Shown piece after piece: positions 39,763 to 49,489 of a DNA stretch of 64,000 bases. The translations under genes and the position numbers were made by a program. The first letter of the stretch is position 1. Each line of letters opens with the position of its first letter. Below the pieces are notes generated by a model that worked only from the letters and a program-made list of their open reading frames with translations, did not search any database and had not been told where the DNA came from. This DNA comes from an uncultured Muribaculaceae bacterium. Its GTDB lineage: Bacteria; Bacteroidota; Bacteroidia; Bacteroidales; Muribaculaceae. The stretch spans positions 107,944-171,943 of the forward strand of contig CAUBWJ010000001.1 in assembly GCA_958439725.1 (NCBI GenBank). Direction: 5' to 3'.

Positions 39763-40950
39763 TTATTCAATCCAGAGTATTAGTCCCTTGAGATATTCTC
39801 CTTCGGGATGATAGATATTGACGGGATGGTCGGCAGGCTGTGTGAGCTGATGGAGTATGCGCACGCGGCGGCGTGTCTGTGCGGCCGCGGAGAACACAGC
39901 CAGCCTGAACTGTTCGCGCGATATGGCCTGCGAGCATGAGAACGTGAAGAGAATGCTTCCCGAAGGCATCTTCTCCATAGCCCGTGCGTTGAGGCGCTGA
40001 TAGCCGCGCAGGGCGTTCTTTATGGCGCTGCGGTGTTTGGCGAATGCGGGGGGATCGAGCACCACCAGGTCGTAGGCGTCCTGAGGCATATCCGCAAGGA
40101 ATTTGAAAGCATCTTCCGCAAACGAGCGGTGACGGGGGCAGTCCTCGCCGAAATTCAGCGCCACATTGGCGTCGGTAAGGGCCACGGCCTTTGCAGAGCT
40201 GTCGACGGAATGAACCGTTTCCGCCCCGCCTCTGAGGGCATAGACGGAGAATCCGCCGGTGTAACAGAACATGTTGAGCACCCGGCGTCCGGCAGCATAA
40301 TGCTGGAGCAGGCGGCGGTTGTCGCGCTGGTCAACGAAGAAACCCGTCTTCTGTCCGCGCAGCCAGTCAACATGAAAACGGAGGCCGTTTTCAAGGGCCT
40401 CATCGGTCGTGAATCCACCTATTATATAATCGTTCTGGGGGTCGAGCCGGGCCTTATACGGCAGCGTGGTCTCCGATTTATAGTAAACGGCGCTGATGCC
40501 GGCTTCGGGAAGCGACACGAGCGCGCGGGCTATCTCGTTGCGGGCATAATGCATGGCCGGTGAATGGGCCTGCATGACGGCCGTGGCGCCATACACGTCC
40601 ACTATCAGCCCGGGAAGGAAATCGCCTTCGCCGTGCACCAGACGGTAAGCGTTGTTGTCGGGACGTATCAGGTCGAGCACCCGGCGCAACCTGTAGGCCT
40701 CGGCAAGGCGCCTGCGGTAAAAATCCTCATCTATCACTATATCTTCTTCGCTCAGCATTCTCACGGCTATGCTACCCACCTGGTAATGGCCCGTGCCGAG
40801 AAGCTGTCCGGAGGCAGAGCGAACGGTAACGGTCTCGCCCTCCTCCAGCCCTTCGGGGCAAGAAGCTATGGCGCCTGAGAACACCCAGGGATGGAAACGG
40901 AGCAGCGACTCTTCCTTGCCCCGGCGAAGTATTATTTCGGGATATGACAT
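39763..40950 (-). CDS. RlmI-like 23S rRNA m5C methyltransferase
   Basis: PUA 'HPWVFSGAI', GQKTGFF, FCYTGGFS, LDPPAF, TFSCS. Confidence 0.9.
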   Translation of the reverse strand: MSYPEIILRRGKEESLLRFHPWVFSGAIASCPEGLEEGETVTVRSASGQLLGTGHYQVGSIAVRMLSEEDIVIDEDFYRRRLAEAYRLRRVLDLIRPDNNAYRLVHGEGDFLPGLIVDVYGATAVMQAHSPAMHYARNEIARALVSLPEAGISAVYYKSETTLPYKARLDPQNDYIIGGFTTDEALENGLRFHVDWLRGQKTGFFVDQRDNRRLLQHYAAGRRVLNMFCYTGGFSVYALRGGAETVHSVDSSAKAVALTDANVALNFGEDCPRHRSFAEDAFKFLADMPQDAYDLVVLDPPAFAKHRSAIKNALRGYQRLNARAMEKMPSGSILFTFSCSQAISREQFRLAVFSAAAQTRRRVRILHQLTQPADHPVNIYHPEGEYLKGLILWIE

Positions 40951-40973
40951 ATATATATGGGTCAGTTTTGTAA

Positions 40974-42341
40974 TCAGTTGGCTAAAGAACGTATCGCGTC
41001 AAGGCCGTTGGCGTAAAGCATGAGCAGAAGCAGAAAAGCCATGCCGGCTATCTGGGCATATTCCATCACCTTTTCTGGAGCGGGCTTGCGCATCACCATC
41101 TCGTAAAGGAGGAACATCACGTGGCCTCCGTCGAGAGCCGGTATGGGGAGGATGTTGATGAATGCCAGGGCCACCGATATGAACGCTGTAATCTGCCAGA
41201 ATGAAAGCCAGTTCCAGCGGTCGGGAAACATGGAGCCTATGGCGCCGAAGCCCCCTATGCTCTGCGACCCTTCCTTGGTAAAGAGGTATTTCATGGAACC
41301 CACGTAGTTGGTGAGCATCTCCGTGCCGTTTACAATGCCTTTGGGCACGGCCTCCCAGAGCGAATAATTCACAACTACCGGCTCATAAATCTCTGTTATC
41401 GGGCGAAGCTGGAATCCGAGTTTGCCACCCTCGGTGGGAGTGGCTTTCAGGTCAAGGGTACGGCCGTCGCGCTCAACGCTCACGGTCACCTCCTTGCCTC
41501 CGTTTGCCACCAGCTGCTGAGTAAGTTCGGTAAAGCCCGGCGTAGGCACGCCGTTTACGGCCACTATATGGTCGCCCTCTTCCATTCCGGCTTTTGAGGC
41601 GGCGGAGCCCCCCTGAATCTTGGCCACGTAGACCGGAACACGGTAGCCGAGCAGCGTCTGTTTGGCATTCGACAGGGTAAGCGCGAAGTTTTCGGGAATA
41701 GCGATGCTGACTGTATCCTTGTGGTTACGGAGCACTTTCACCTCGCGGGCCGTAGCCATCTCATAAGGAAAGTTTTTCGACGCGTCAAGTTTATGGCCGT
41801 CGGCAAGAAGAGGAATATCGCCGTTCCGGAATCCAAGTTTACGTGCCTCCGCGCAGTATTCCATACCCTCGGTAGCGTTTTCAAGCGGAATATATTCCGC
41901 ACCCCAATGGAAAGCTATACCGATATAAATAAGTATGGCGAGAATGAAGTTGAAGGTCACACCTCCTATCATCACGAGCAGACGCTGCCACGCGGGCTTG
42001 GCACGGAAATCGGTGGGCTGGGCCGGCTGGGCAAGTTGTTCCTTGTCCATGGACTCATCAATCATTCCGGCTATCTTCACATAGCCTCCGAGCGGAAGCC
42101 AGCCGATGCCATATTCGGTGTCGCGCCATGAGGCTTTTTCCACGCCGTTCTTGTCGTATCTCACTTTCTTTTTCTTCGGCTTCCATTTGGCTATCGAAAA
42201 CCACGGATTGAAGAAAAGATAGAATTTCTCGACCTTTATGCCGAATATACGGGCCATGAGATAATGGCCGAATTCATGTATTATCACAAGAAGAGCCAAT
42301 GCCACTATAAGCTGCAAGGCCTTCATCAGAATTGGTGTCAT
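40974..42341 (-). CDS. rseP: RIP metalloprotease RseP
   Basis: HEFGH, 'WLPLGGYV', PDZ domain, NILPIPALDGG. Confidence 0.95.
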   Translation of the reverse strand: MTPILMKALQLIVALALLVIIHEFGHYLMARIFGIKVEKFYLFFNPWFSIAKWKPKKKKVRYDKNGVEKASWRDTEYGIGWLPLGGYVKIAGMIDESMDKEQLAQPAQPTDFRAKPAWQRLLVMIGGVTFNFILAILIYIGIAFHWGAEYIPLENATEGMEYCAEARKLGFRNGDIPLLADGHKLDASKNFPYEMATAREVKVLRNHKDTVSIAIPENFALTLSNAKQTLLGYRVPVYVAKIQGGSAASKAGMEEGDHIVAVNGVPTPGFTELTQQLVANGGKEVTVSVERDGRTLDLKATPTEGGKLGFQLRPITEIYEPVVVNYSLWEAVPKGIVNGTEMLTNYVGSMKYLFTKEGSQSIGGFGAIGSMFPDRWNWLSFWQITAFISVALAFINILPIPALDGGHVMFLLYEMVMRKPAPEKVMEYAQIAGMAFLLLLMLYANGLDAIRSLAN

Positions 42342-42427
42342 CAGTAAAGCTGAGGTTATTTAATAAAAACTGTAGTAATTGGAAACTGCATTGAACAAGT
42401 TAAGGGCATCGGGAATTAAAATCCGCT

Positions 42428-43600
42428 TCAGAAACGGCCCGTTTTCACCAGCTGGGAGGCGATGGCGCGTGAAGCGTCGTTCACGGCCACATAATCCTCG
42501 TAGGCGGGAGTGTCCACTCCGGGCGCCGCATCAAGCGTGGCCTCTATGAGCGGATATATGTCGGTGAAGCGCAGATTTCCTTTCAGGAACGCATCCACGG
42601 CAATCTCGTTGGCGGCATTTATGGTGCAGGCTGTGGTGCCTCCGGCGCGCAGGGCCTTGTGGGCGAGCGTGAGGCACGGGAACCGTCCGCAGTCGGGAAG
42701 TTCAAAGGTGAGCGTGGCGAAATCGGCCAGCGAAAGGCCGGGACGCGATGTGTGCATGCGCGAGGCGTCGCCAAGGGCATATCTGATGGGCAGATGCATG
42801 TCGGGGACTCCGAGCTGCGCTTTCACGGCACCATCCACAAATTCCACCATGGAATGGACTATGGACTGAGGATGGACAAGCGCCTCTATTCTGGATTCGT
42901 CGACGTCGAAAAGCCAGCGTGCCTCAATTATCTCGAAAGCCTTGTTCATCATCGAGGCTGAATCCACGGTAATTTTGGCACCCATCTGCCATTTGGGATG
43001 ACGAAGGGCATCGGCTGTAGTGACGCTGCGGAGCTGCTCGACGGTATGATGCAGAAACGGGCCGCCCGAAGCCGTGATAATGAGCTTGGAGACAGATGAG
43101 GGATTCTCGCCCGCCAGACACTGGTATATGGCCGAATGTTCGGAATCGACCGGAATCACCTTGGAACGGGACTGTGAAAGAAGAGCATTCACCAGTTCGC
43201 CTGCAACCACGAGCGTCTCCTTGTTGGCAAGAGCAATGTCCTTTCCTGCACGGATTGCACGCAATGTGGGAGCAAGGCCGCTGTAACCAACCGTGGCGGT
43301 GACCACAGTGTCAACATCGTCGCGCTCCACCGCCTCGCATATGGCCTCGGGACCTGCGGCAGCCCCTATCCCGTAAGGCTCCAGAGCCGCGCGGAGTGCA
43401 GGATATAGTTCCTTACGGGCTATAACCGCAACTGCAGGTTTGAATTTAATAGCCTGCGCTATCAGGGCATCGACATTGCTTCCGGCCACAAGAACCTGGG
43501 CTTTAAAAAGATCCGTGTAATCCGAAATGATATCAAGAGTCTGGCCACCGATAGAGCCGGTACTGCCCACAACTGCTATTCTTTTAATTTTTGTTTGCAC
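42428..43600 (-). CDS. dxr: 1-deoxy-D-xylulose-5-phosphate reductoisomerase
   Basis: GSTGSIG, LANKE, PVDSEHSA, TASGGPF, MGAKITVDSA; GTG start. Confidence 0.96.
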   Translation of the reverse strand: MQTKIKRIAVVGSTGSIGGQTLDIISDYTDLFKAQVLVAGSNVDALIAQAIKFKPAVAVIARKELYPALRAALEPYGIGAAAGPEAICEAVERDDVDTVVTATVGYSGLAPTLRAIRAGKDIALANKETLVVAGELVNALLSQSRSKVIPVDSEHSAIYQCLAGENPSSVSKLIITASGGPFLHHTVEQLRSVTTADALRHPKWQMGAKITVDSASMMNKAFEIIEARWLFDVDESRIEALVHPQSIVHSMVEFVDGAVKAQLGVPDMHLPIRYALGDASRMHTSRPGLSLADFATLTFELPDCGRFPCLTLAHKALRAGGTTACTINAANEIAVDAFLKGNLRFTDIYPLIEATLDAAPGVDTPAYEDYVAVNDASRAIASQLVKTGRF

Positions 43601-43678
43601 TATAAAATAAAATTGTGTAATTTAGCGCCAAATTTTAGCGATTGTTAAAAAAGGCGTTTGTCTACATATATTATGGTG

Positions 43679-43710
43679 CAAAGATACTTCATTTTGACAA
43701 ACCAATCAAA
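43679..43710 (-). promoter_or_regulatory. Promoter of the dxr operon
   Basis: Minus strand TTTG-N20-TATCTTTG, a full consensus match. Confidence 0.65.
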
Positions 43711-43847
43711 ATTGAAGTTGAATGCCGAACAAAAAAGTGGAGACTAATGTTATAAAATCGTAAATTAATCTGAAAAAGATAGATTTAAACCAAAATTACA
43801 AAAGAAAGTAATATTTATTGTTTCACAAGTTTTTTTATTTCGAGAGA

Positions 43848-45053
43848 ATGAAGACTAAATTATTCTTTGCAATTGCAGCATGTGGTAGCATGTTCTTTGC
43901 AGCAAACACAGCTTCTGCACAGGAGACTGTAGTGGTAGAAGAAGCCACTGTGATCGAACAGCCCGTTGAGTGCAAGAACCACTATACGTCTTCTTGGCGT
44001 CAGAACTGGTTCATTCAGTTAGGTGCTGGTATGCAAGTTCCTTACGTTGACCACTATCTCAACCACGGCGATTCAAAACGTCACATCACTGCCGTTTACA
44101 ACGTAGGCGTAGGCCACTGGTTCTCACCCTATCTGGGATTCCGCCTCACAGGTTACTATGGCAAACTCCACCTCGATTGGGCCAAATACAACTCAGCTAA
44201 GATGCTCAACGTCAACGCTGACTTGATGTGGGATATGTTCAACTCTATCGCCGGTGTAAAGGCTGACCGCACATTCAGCATCCTTCCCTTCGTAGGTGTT
44301 GGCGGTACTTACACCTGGGGCTTCGATCCCGCCCTCGCTTCAATTCCTGACGGTGACGGCCACCTCAAAACCAAAGAATGGACTCTTCCCGTTTCTGCAG
44401 GTCTGCAGCTCCGCTTCCGTCTCTGCAAGTATGTTGACTTCTTCGCTGAAGGCCGCATGAACTTCTACGGTGACAACTTCAACAACGTAGCTTCCGGCGA
44501 TCCTATCGAAGGCAACCTCTCCGTTTACGGTGGTTTCAACATCAACTTCGGCGGCCGCAACTTCGAGCGCTACAACCCCTGCGACTACCTTGCCTATATC
44601 AACTCACTCAATGGCCAGGTTAACGACCTCCGCGGTCAGCTCGCCACCACCGCAGCCGCTCTCGCCGCTGCTGAGGCCCAGCTCCCCTGCCCCGAACCCA
44701 AAACTATCGTAAAGGAATCTGCCGCTACTCCGCTGCTCACAACCGTACGTTTCCGCATCAACTCTTCGAAGATCTCCAACGAGGAAATGGTTAACGTTTA
44801 CAACATGGCACAGTGGCTCAAGCAGAACCCCAACCAGAAGGTTATGATCGACGGCTATGCTGACAAGAAGACCGGTACTTCCAGCTACAACATGAAGCTT
44901 TCTGAGCGTCGTGCAAAAGCTGTTGCCGAGGCCCTCAACAAGAAATACGGCATCGATTCTTCCCGCCTCATTATCAAGGCCTTCGGTAGCGACACCCAGC
45001 CCTACGACGTTAACAACTGGAACCGCATCGTAATCTTCGGCCAGGCCGACTAA
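43848..45053 (+). CDS. OmpA family outer membrane protein
   Basis: Signal peptide, beta-barrel N domain, 'GYADKKTG..YNMKLSERRA', WNR; strong codon bias. Confidence 0.93.
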   Translation: MKTKLFFAIAACGSMFFAANTASAQETVVVEEATVIEQPVECKNHYTSSWRQNWFIQLGAGMQVPYVDHYLNHGDSKRHITAVYNVGVGHWFSPYLGFRLTGYYGKLHLDWAKYNSAKMLNVNADLMWDMFNSIAGVKADRTFSILPFVGVGGTYTWGFDPALASIPDGDGHLKTKEWTLPVSAGLQLRFRLCKYVDFFAEGRMNFYGDNFNNVASGDPIEGNLSVYGGFNINFGGRNFERYNPCDYLAYINSLNGQVNDLRGQLATTAAALAAAEAQLPCPEPKTIVKESAATPLLTTVRFRINSSKISNEEMVNVYNMAQWLKQNPNQKVMIDGYADKKTGTSSYNMKLSERRAKAVAEALNKKYGIDSSRLIIKAFGSDTQPYDVNNWNRIVIFGQAD

Positions 45054-45139
45054 GAAACGGTTGCGATTACCTCAGGCACCAAAGCCGAGATGAGAACCCG
45101 GCTCATGCCAAGGTAACAGATCCAATTGACAAATAAACC

Positions 45140-45187
45140 CTGTCCCCCGCCTCACATCCCGTGAGCGCGGGGGACAGTCGTTTTTTA
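45140..45187 (+). terminator. Intrinsic terminator of ompA
   Basis: CTGTCCCCCGC...GCGGGGGACAG followed by TCGTTTTTT. Confidence 0.7.
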
Positions 45188-45241
45188 TAACCGCCTGATT
45201 TTTTATGCAACAATCCGGCTAAAACGCACCGGATGTTTTTA

Positions 45242-45273
45242 TTTGTGATTTCAATTTTAATAATGTATATTTG
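45242..45273 (+). promoter_or_regulatory. Promoter of pgm
   Basis: TTTG-N20-TATATTTG. Confidence 0.6.
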
Positions 45274-45323
45274 TTGGTAAGAATCCCTCAGTCTGAAAAT
45301 CCTTAAATTTTACACTCATAAAT

Positions 45324-47078
45324 ATGGAAAAAAACGACGAACTGTTGAAAAACGTCACCGCAAAAGCCCAGGTTTGGCTCGGTGAAGCCTATGACGAGGA
45401 AACCCGCGCCGAAGTAAAGCGCCTTCTCGACGATCCCGACCCCACAGCACTTATCGAAGCCTTCTACCGCGACCTAGAGTTCGGCACCGGAGGTCTCCGC
45501 GGCATTATGGGCGCCGGTTCCAACAGAATGAACATCTATACCGTGGGCGCCGCCACACAGGGCTTCGCCAACTATCTCAAGGAAGCTTTCGCCGACCTTC
45601 CCGAAATCTCGGTTGTAGTAGGTCACGACGTGCGCAACAACTCCCGCAAATTCGCTGAGATTGTTGCCGATATCTTCTCGGCCAACGGCATCAAGGTATA
45701 TCTCTTCGACTCATTCCGCCCCACTCCCGAGCTTTCATACGCCATCCGCAAACTCGGATGCCAGAGCGGCGTGAACATCACCGCCTCACACAACCCCAAG
45801 GAATACAACGGCTACAAAGCCTATTGGGCCGACGGCGCTCAGATTATATCTCCCCACGATGTCAACATCATTGACCGCGTAAACCGCATCCACGGCGCCG
45901 AGGAAATCAACTTCAAAGGCGACCCCTCGAAAATCACCATCATCGGCGAAGAAATCGACGCCCAGTTCCTGGCCGACATCAAAGGTCTCTCGCTCAGCCC
46001 CGAGGCTATCGCCAACAACCGCGACCTCAAAATCGTCTACACTCCTATCCACGGCACAGGCGTGAACCTCATTCCCCGTTCGCTCAAGAACTACGGTTTC
46101 GAGAACATAATCCATGTTCCCGAACAGGACGTACCCTCCGGCGACTTCCCCACCGTAGAATCTCCCAACCCCGAGGTTCCCTCAGCCATGGCTCTCGGCA
46201 TTGCTAAAGCAAAGGAAGTGGGCGCCGACCTGATCATGGCATCCGACCCCGACGCCGACCGCGTGGGCTGCGTGATCCGCGACCACAAGGGCGAATACGT
46301 GCTTCTCAACGGCAACCAGATCGTGATGATTCTCCTCTACTACATCATGACCCGTAACGCCGAGCTCGGCCGTCTCACCGGCAAGGAATACGTTGTTAAG
46401 ACTATCGTGACCACCGAAACCATCAAGGCAATCGCAGAGAAAAACAACATCGAGATGTTTGACTGCTACACCGGCTTCAAGTGGATTGCAGCCGTGATCC
46501 GCGAGCACGAAGGCATAGCACGCTATCTCGGCGGCGGCGAAGAAAGCTACGGATTCCTCGCTGAAGACTTCGTTCGCGACAAAGACGCCGTTTCGGCAGT
46601 ATCGATGCTCGCCGAGGCCGCAGCATGGGCCAAGGACAAAGGTCTGAACTTCCTCCAGCTCCTCCAGGAAATCTACATTAAATACGGTTTCTCCCGCGAG
46701 GCAGGCATCTCGGTTGTCCGCACAGGCAAAGCCGGCGCAGAGGAAATCCAGGCCATGATGAAGAACTTCCGCGCCAATCCTCCCAAACAGCTCGGAGGAA
46801 GCCCCGTGGTTACCATCAAGGACTACGATTCACTCAACCTCACCACACTTCCCTCAGGTGAGGTTACAAAGCTCGATATGCCCGTCACATCCAACGTGCT
46901 CCAGTACTTCACGGCCGACGGCTCGAAAGTCTCCATCCGCCCCTCCGGAACAGAGCCTAAAATCAAATTCTATATCGAAGTCAAAGGCAAGATGGAATCC
47001 GCTGCCGACTACGATAAAGCCATCAACGAGGCCAACGCCAAAATTGAAGAAGTCAAGAAAGACCTCGGCATAGACTGA
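45324..47078 (+). CDS. pgm: Phosphoglucomutase/phosphomannomutase
   Basis: FGTGGLRG, TASHNP, DPDADR, GEES, RPSGTEPKIK. Confidence 0.93.
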   Translation: MEKNDELLKNVTAKAQVWLGEAYDEETRAEVKRLLDDPDPTALIEAFYRDLEFGTGGLRGIMGAGSNRMNIYTVGAATQGFANYLKEAFADLPEISVVVGHDVRNNSRKFAEIVADIFSANGIKVYLFDSFRPTPELSYAIRKLGCQSGVNITASHNPKEYNGYKAYWADGAQIISPHDVNIIDRVNRIHGAEEINFKGDPSKITIIGEEIDAQFLADIKGLSLSPEAIANNRDLKIVYTPIHGTGVNLIPRSLKNYGFENIIHVPEQDVPSGDFPTVESPNPEVPSAMALGIAKAKEVGADLIMASDPDADRVGCVIRDHKGEYVLLNGNQIVMILLYYIMTRNAELGRLTGKEYVVKTIVTTETIKAIAEKNNIEMFDCYTGFKWIAAVIREHEGIARYLGGGEESYGFLAEDFVRDKDAVSAVSMLAEAAAWAKDKGLNFLQLLQEIYIKYGFSREAGISVVRTGKAGAEEIQAMMKNFRANPPKQLGGSPVVTIKDYDSLNLTTLPSGEVTKLDMPVTSNVLQYFTADGSKVSIRPSGTEPKIKFYIEVKGKMESAADYDKAINEANAKIEEVKKDLGID

Positions 47079-47104
47079 TCCCAGTCTTAAACATACAAGC
47101 CAAC

Positions 47105-47145
47105 AATGGCGGTGCGCCGGCCCCCGGCCGCACCGCCATTCTTTT
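47105..47145 (+). terminator. Intrinsic terminator of pgm
   Basis: AATGGCGGTGCG...CGCACCGCCATT followed by CTTTT. Confidence 0.65.
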
Positions 47146-47200
47146 GCGCCCTTCCGCAGAAATATCTCTTCAACCAACTGCCGCAAGCTACCGCCCCTCT

Positions 47201-47615
47201 GAGCCCCGGAGGGGCGATATCTGTACAACCCACTGCGTGAGCTGTGGGACACAGAAATGTTCTTCCCCACCAGTGCGGCAAGCCTCGGAGAGCGCGCAGC
47301 CGCACAACGCGATAGCATGGGCAATTTTCAGATAGCCTTGAATACATCCCGACTCACACCATGCATCACAGCTCAATCGATATAAAACCTATTAGACGAT
47401 AGTTTCATCCCAAGTGCCTGCCGTGAGCCCATGCTTACGCACAGTGCGGCAGCGCGCTCTCCGAGGCTTGCCGCACTGAGGGGGGGGAGCCATTCCGTTC
47501 CCACAGCTCACGCAGTGGGTTATACAGATATCGCCCCTCCGGGGCTCCGTGGTGGCGATTCAAAGTGGCGGCAGCTCACGCAGTGGGCTATACAGATATC
47601 GCCCCTCCGGGGCTC
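47201..47615. repeat. REPIN/BIME-like element: about 120-bp inverted arms plus a third partial unit
   Basis: Left arm 47201-47322, right arm 47427-47547, extra copy of the outer 44 bp at 47572-47615. Confidence 0.8.
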
Positions 47616-47789
47616 TACATTGAAGGTTCGGATCGCCACACATTTCACCGTCGATAGCCCTACCAACGGTGAAATGAGGTTGCGCTCTGGAACGTCGGCC
47701 TCCGGCCGTCTATCTTTGGCCTATACGAGCAAAAAAACGATGTGCCTGAACTAAGTTCCGACACATCGCTAATACAGTCATTTATAATA

Positions 47790-48677
47790 TTATTTCCTTC
47801 TGGATTTTCTGCGCGTGGAGGAAGTGGTTTTCTTCTTAGTGGTTGCTTTGCTTTTGCTTATACGAGCGCTCTTGCTCTTGCGGAGTTTGCTTTTACGCTT
47901 GGCGTATTTGCTTCTTTTCACCGGGCCGTACTTCTGCGACTGTTTGTAGGTCTTGTGGTCGAAAGTGAAGACATCCTTGTGGGGAACGCCGTTTTCGAAG
48001 TCAATTATGGCAGCCGGATTAATGGCAAGACCCATGAAGCGGGTCTCGAAATGGAGATGGGGACCGGTGGAACGTCCGGTGTTGCCGCCGAGGGCTATAG
48101 GCTCGCCGGCCTTCACACGCTGGTTGGGCTTTACGAGGAATTTGGAAAGATGGCCGTAGACGGTCTCCATACCGTTGTCATGACGTATCACTACATAGTA
48201 GCCGTAACCACGTCCTTCATATTTGGTGAGACGCACTTTACCGTCGAATGCCGAAACCACTGTATCGCCAATAGAGAGGCGAAGGTCAGTACCGCGGTGA
48301 ACTCTGCGGAAACGGCGGCGATAACCGTAATTAGAGGTAATGGCGCCGGGAACCGGAGGCACGTATGTGCTTACATCTATATCCTTTACGGCGGGAATCT
48401 CCACTCCGTTATAGGGATTCACAAACTGGCTGTCCCAGTGGAGATTGAAAATCTCATTATCCTGCTCGGCCTCGCGCTCACGGAGATCGTTGAGAAAGGC
48501 TTTCATGTTGTTCACCTTGATCTCGGCTCCTGCGGGACGCTGGTTGGCTATGAGATTTTCATGCTGGTTGCTGTGGAGAGACGGCAATTTGTACTGGGCA
48601 GATGCCTGCGGAATGCAGACAGCGGCCATTGCAATTGCCGAGGAGGCAATCAGTGTTATTTTTTTGATAAATGGCAT
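47790..48677 (-). CDS. M23 family metallopeptidase
   Basis: HRGTD, YGHLS, GNTGRSTGPHLHFE; Lys/Arg-rich tail. Confidence 0.92.
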   Translation of the reverse strand: MPFIKKITLIASSAIAMAAVCIPQASAQYKLPSLHSNQHENLIANQRPAGAEIKVNNMKAFLNDLREREAEQDNEIFNLHWDSQFVNPYNGVEIPAVKDIDVSTYVPPVPGAITSNYGYRRRFRRVHRGTDLRLSIGDTVVSAFDGKVRLTKYEGRGYGYYVVIRHDNGMETVYGHLSKFLVKPNQRVKAGEPIALGGNTGRSTGPHLHFETRFMGLAINPAAIIDFENGVPHKDVFTFDHKTYKQSQKYGPVKRSKYAKRKSKLRKSKSARISKSKATTKKKTTSSTRRKSRRK

Positions 48678-48753
48678 TACTTTTTCTGTTGTGAGGAAAG
48701 AGGAATGATAAATGATTAAGGTTAACTTAGGATTATCTTAAGCAATCAGTTTT

Positions 48754-49218
48754 TTATTTCTCCTCGTCGGGCGAATAGATAGAGCGGATATTCTGCGGAG
48801 TCCAGTCAAACACCTCATCAGGGGTAAAGAAGCGCTTGATTTCAACATCGGCGTCCTCGGCCGAAGAAGAAGCGTGAACCACATTTTCCTGACCGCTCAT
48901 GGAGAAATCGCCGCGGATTGTTCCGGGAAGAGCCTCACGGCCATTGGTGGCGCCGGTCATCAGGCGCACAACCCTTATGGCATCGTTGCCTTTGAGCACC
49001 ATTACAATGACCGGAGTGGCCATCATCGATGCGAGAAGCAATGGAAAAAACGGACGGTCAACGAGGTGGGAATAATGCTCACGCAATATCTGCTCGTCGA
49101 GCTGCATCATTTTCATACCGCATACTATGAGCCCTTTCTGCTGGAAGCGTTTGAGAATGTCGCCTACGAGGCCACGGGCCACTGCCGACGGTTTGAAAAT
49201 TACTAATGTCTTTTCCAT
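48754..49218 (-). CDS. ndk: Nucleoside diphosphate kinase
   Basis: MEKTLVIFKP, PGTIRGDF, NVVHAS. Confidence 0.93.
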   Translation of the reverse strand: MEKTLVIFKPSAVARGLVGDILKRFQQKGLIVCGMKMMQLDEQILREHYSHLVDRPFFPLLLASMMATPVIVMVLKGNDAIRVVRLMTGATNGREALPGTIRGDFSMSGQENVVHASSSAEDADVEIKRFFTPDEVFDWTPQNIRSIYSPDEEK

Positions 49219-49489
49219 GATTTGATAATTACTATAGATTCTTAAGTATTGTCCTGATTTTTTGGACATTCAAAGTTAAGCATTTACGCCCACCTTCCCA
49301 AAATATCTCTTTCTCAAAAAAACTTAATTCAGTTAAATAATATCTATCCACGGATTCCAATCAACTACTGTCCAGTGGATTAAATATACTTGTGAAAAAT
49401 GGTGAAAAATTGTATCCAAGTGTAATATCTGCACATTCTTCCATATTAAGTGCAACATTTGACGTTGACTTATAGGAGTTTCCGTATCG

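Noticed and set aside
47087..47754. Short ORFs across the palindromic element (e.g. 46854-47324, 47431-47754)
   Set aside because: They are translations of the inverted repeat (both give 'PTAHAVG.TDIAPPGLRG') with no coding signal
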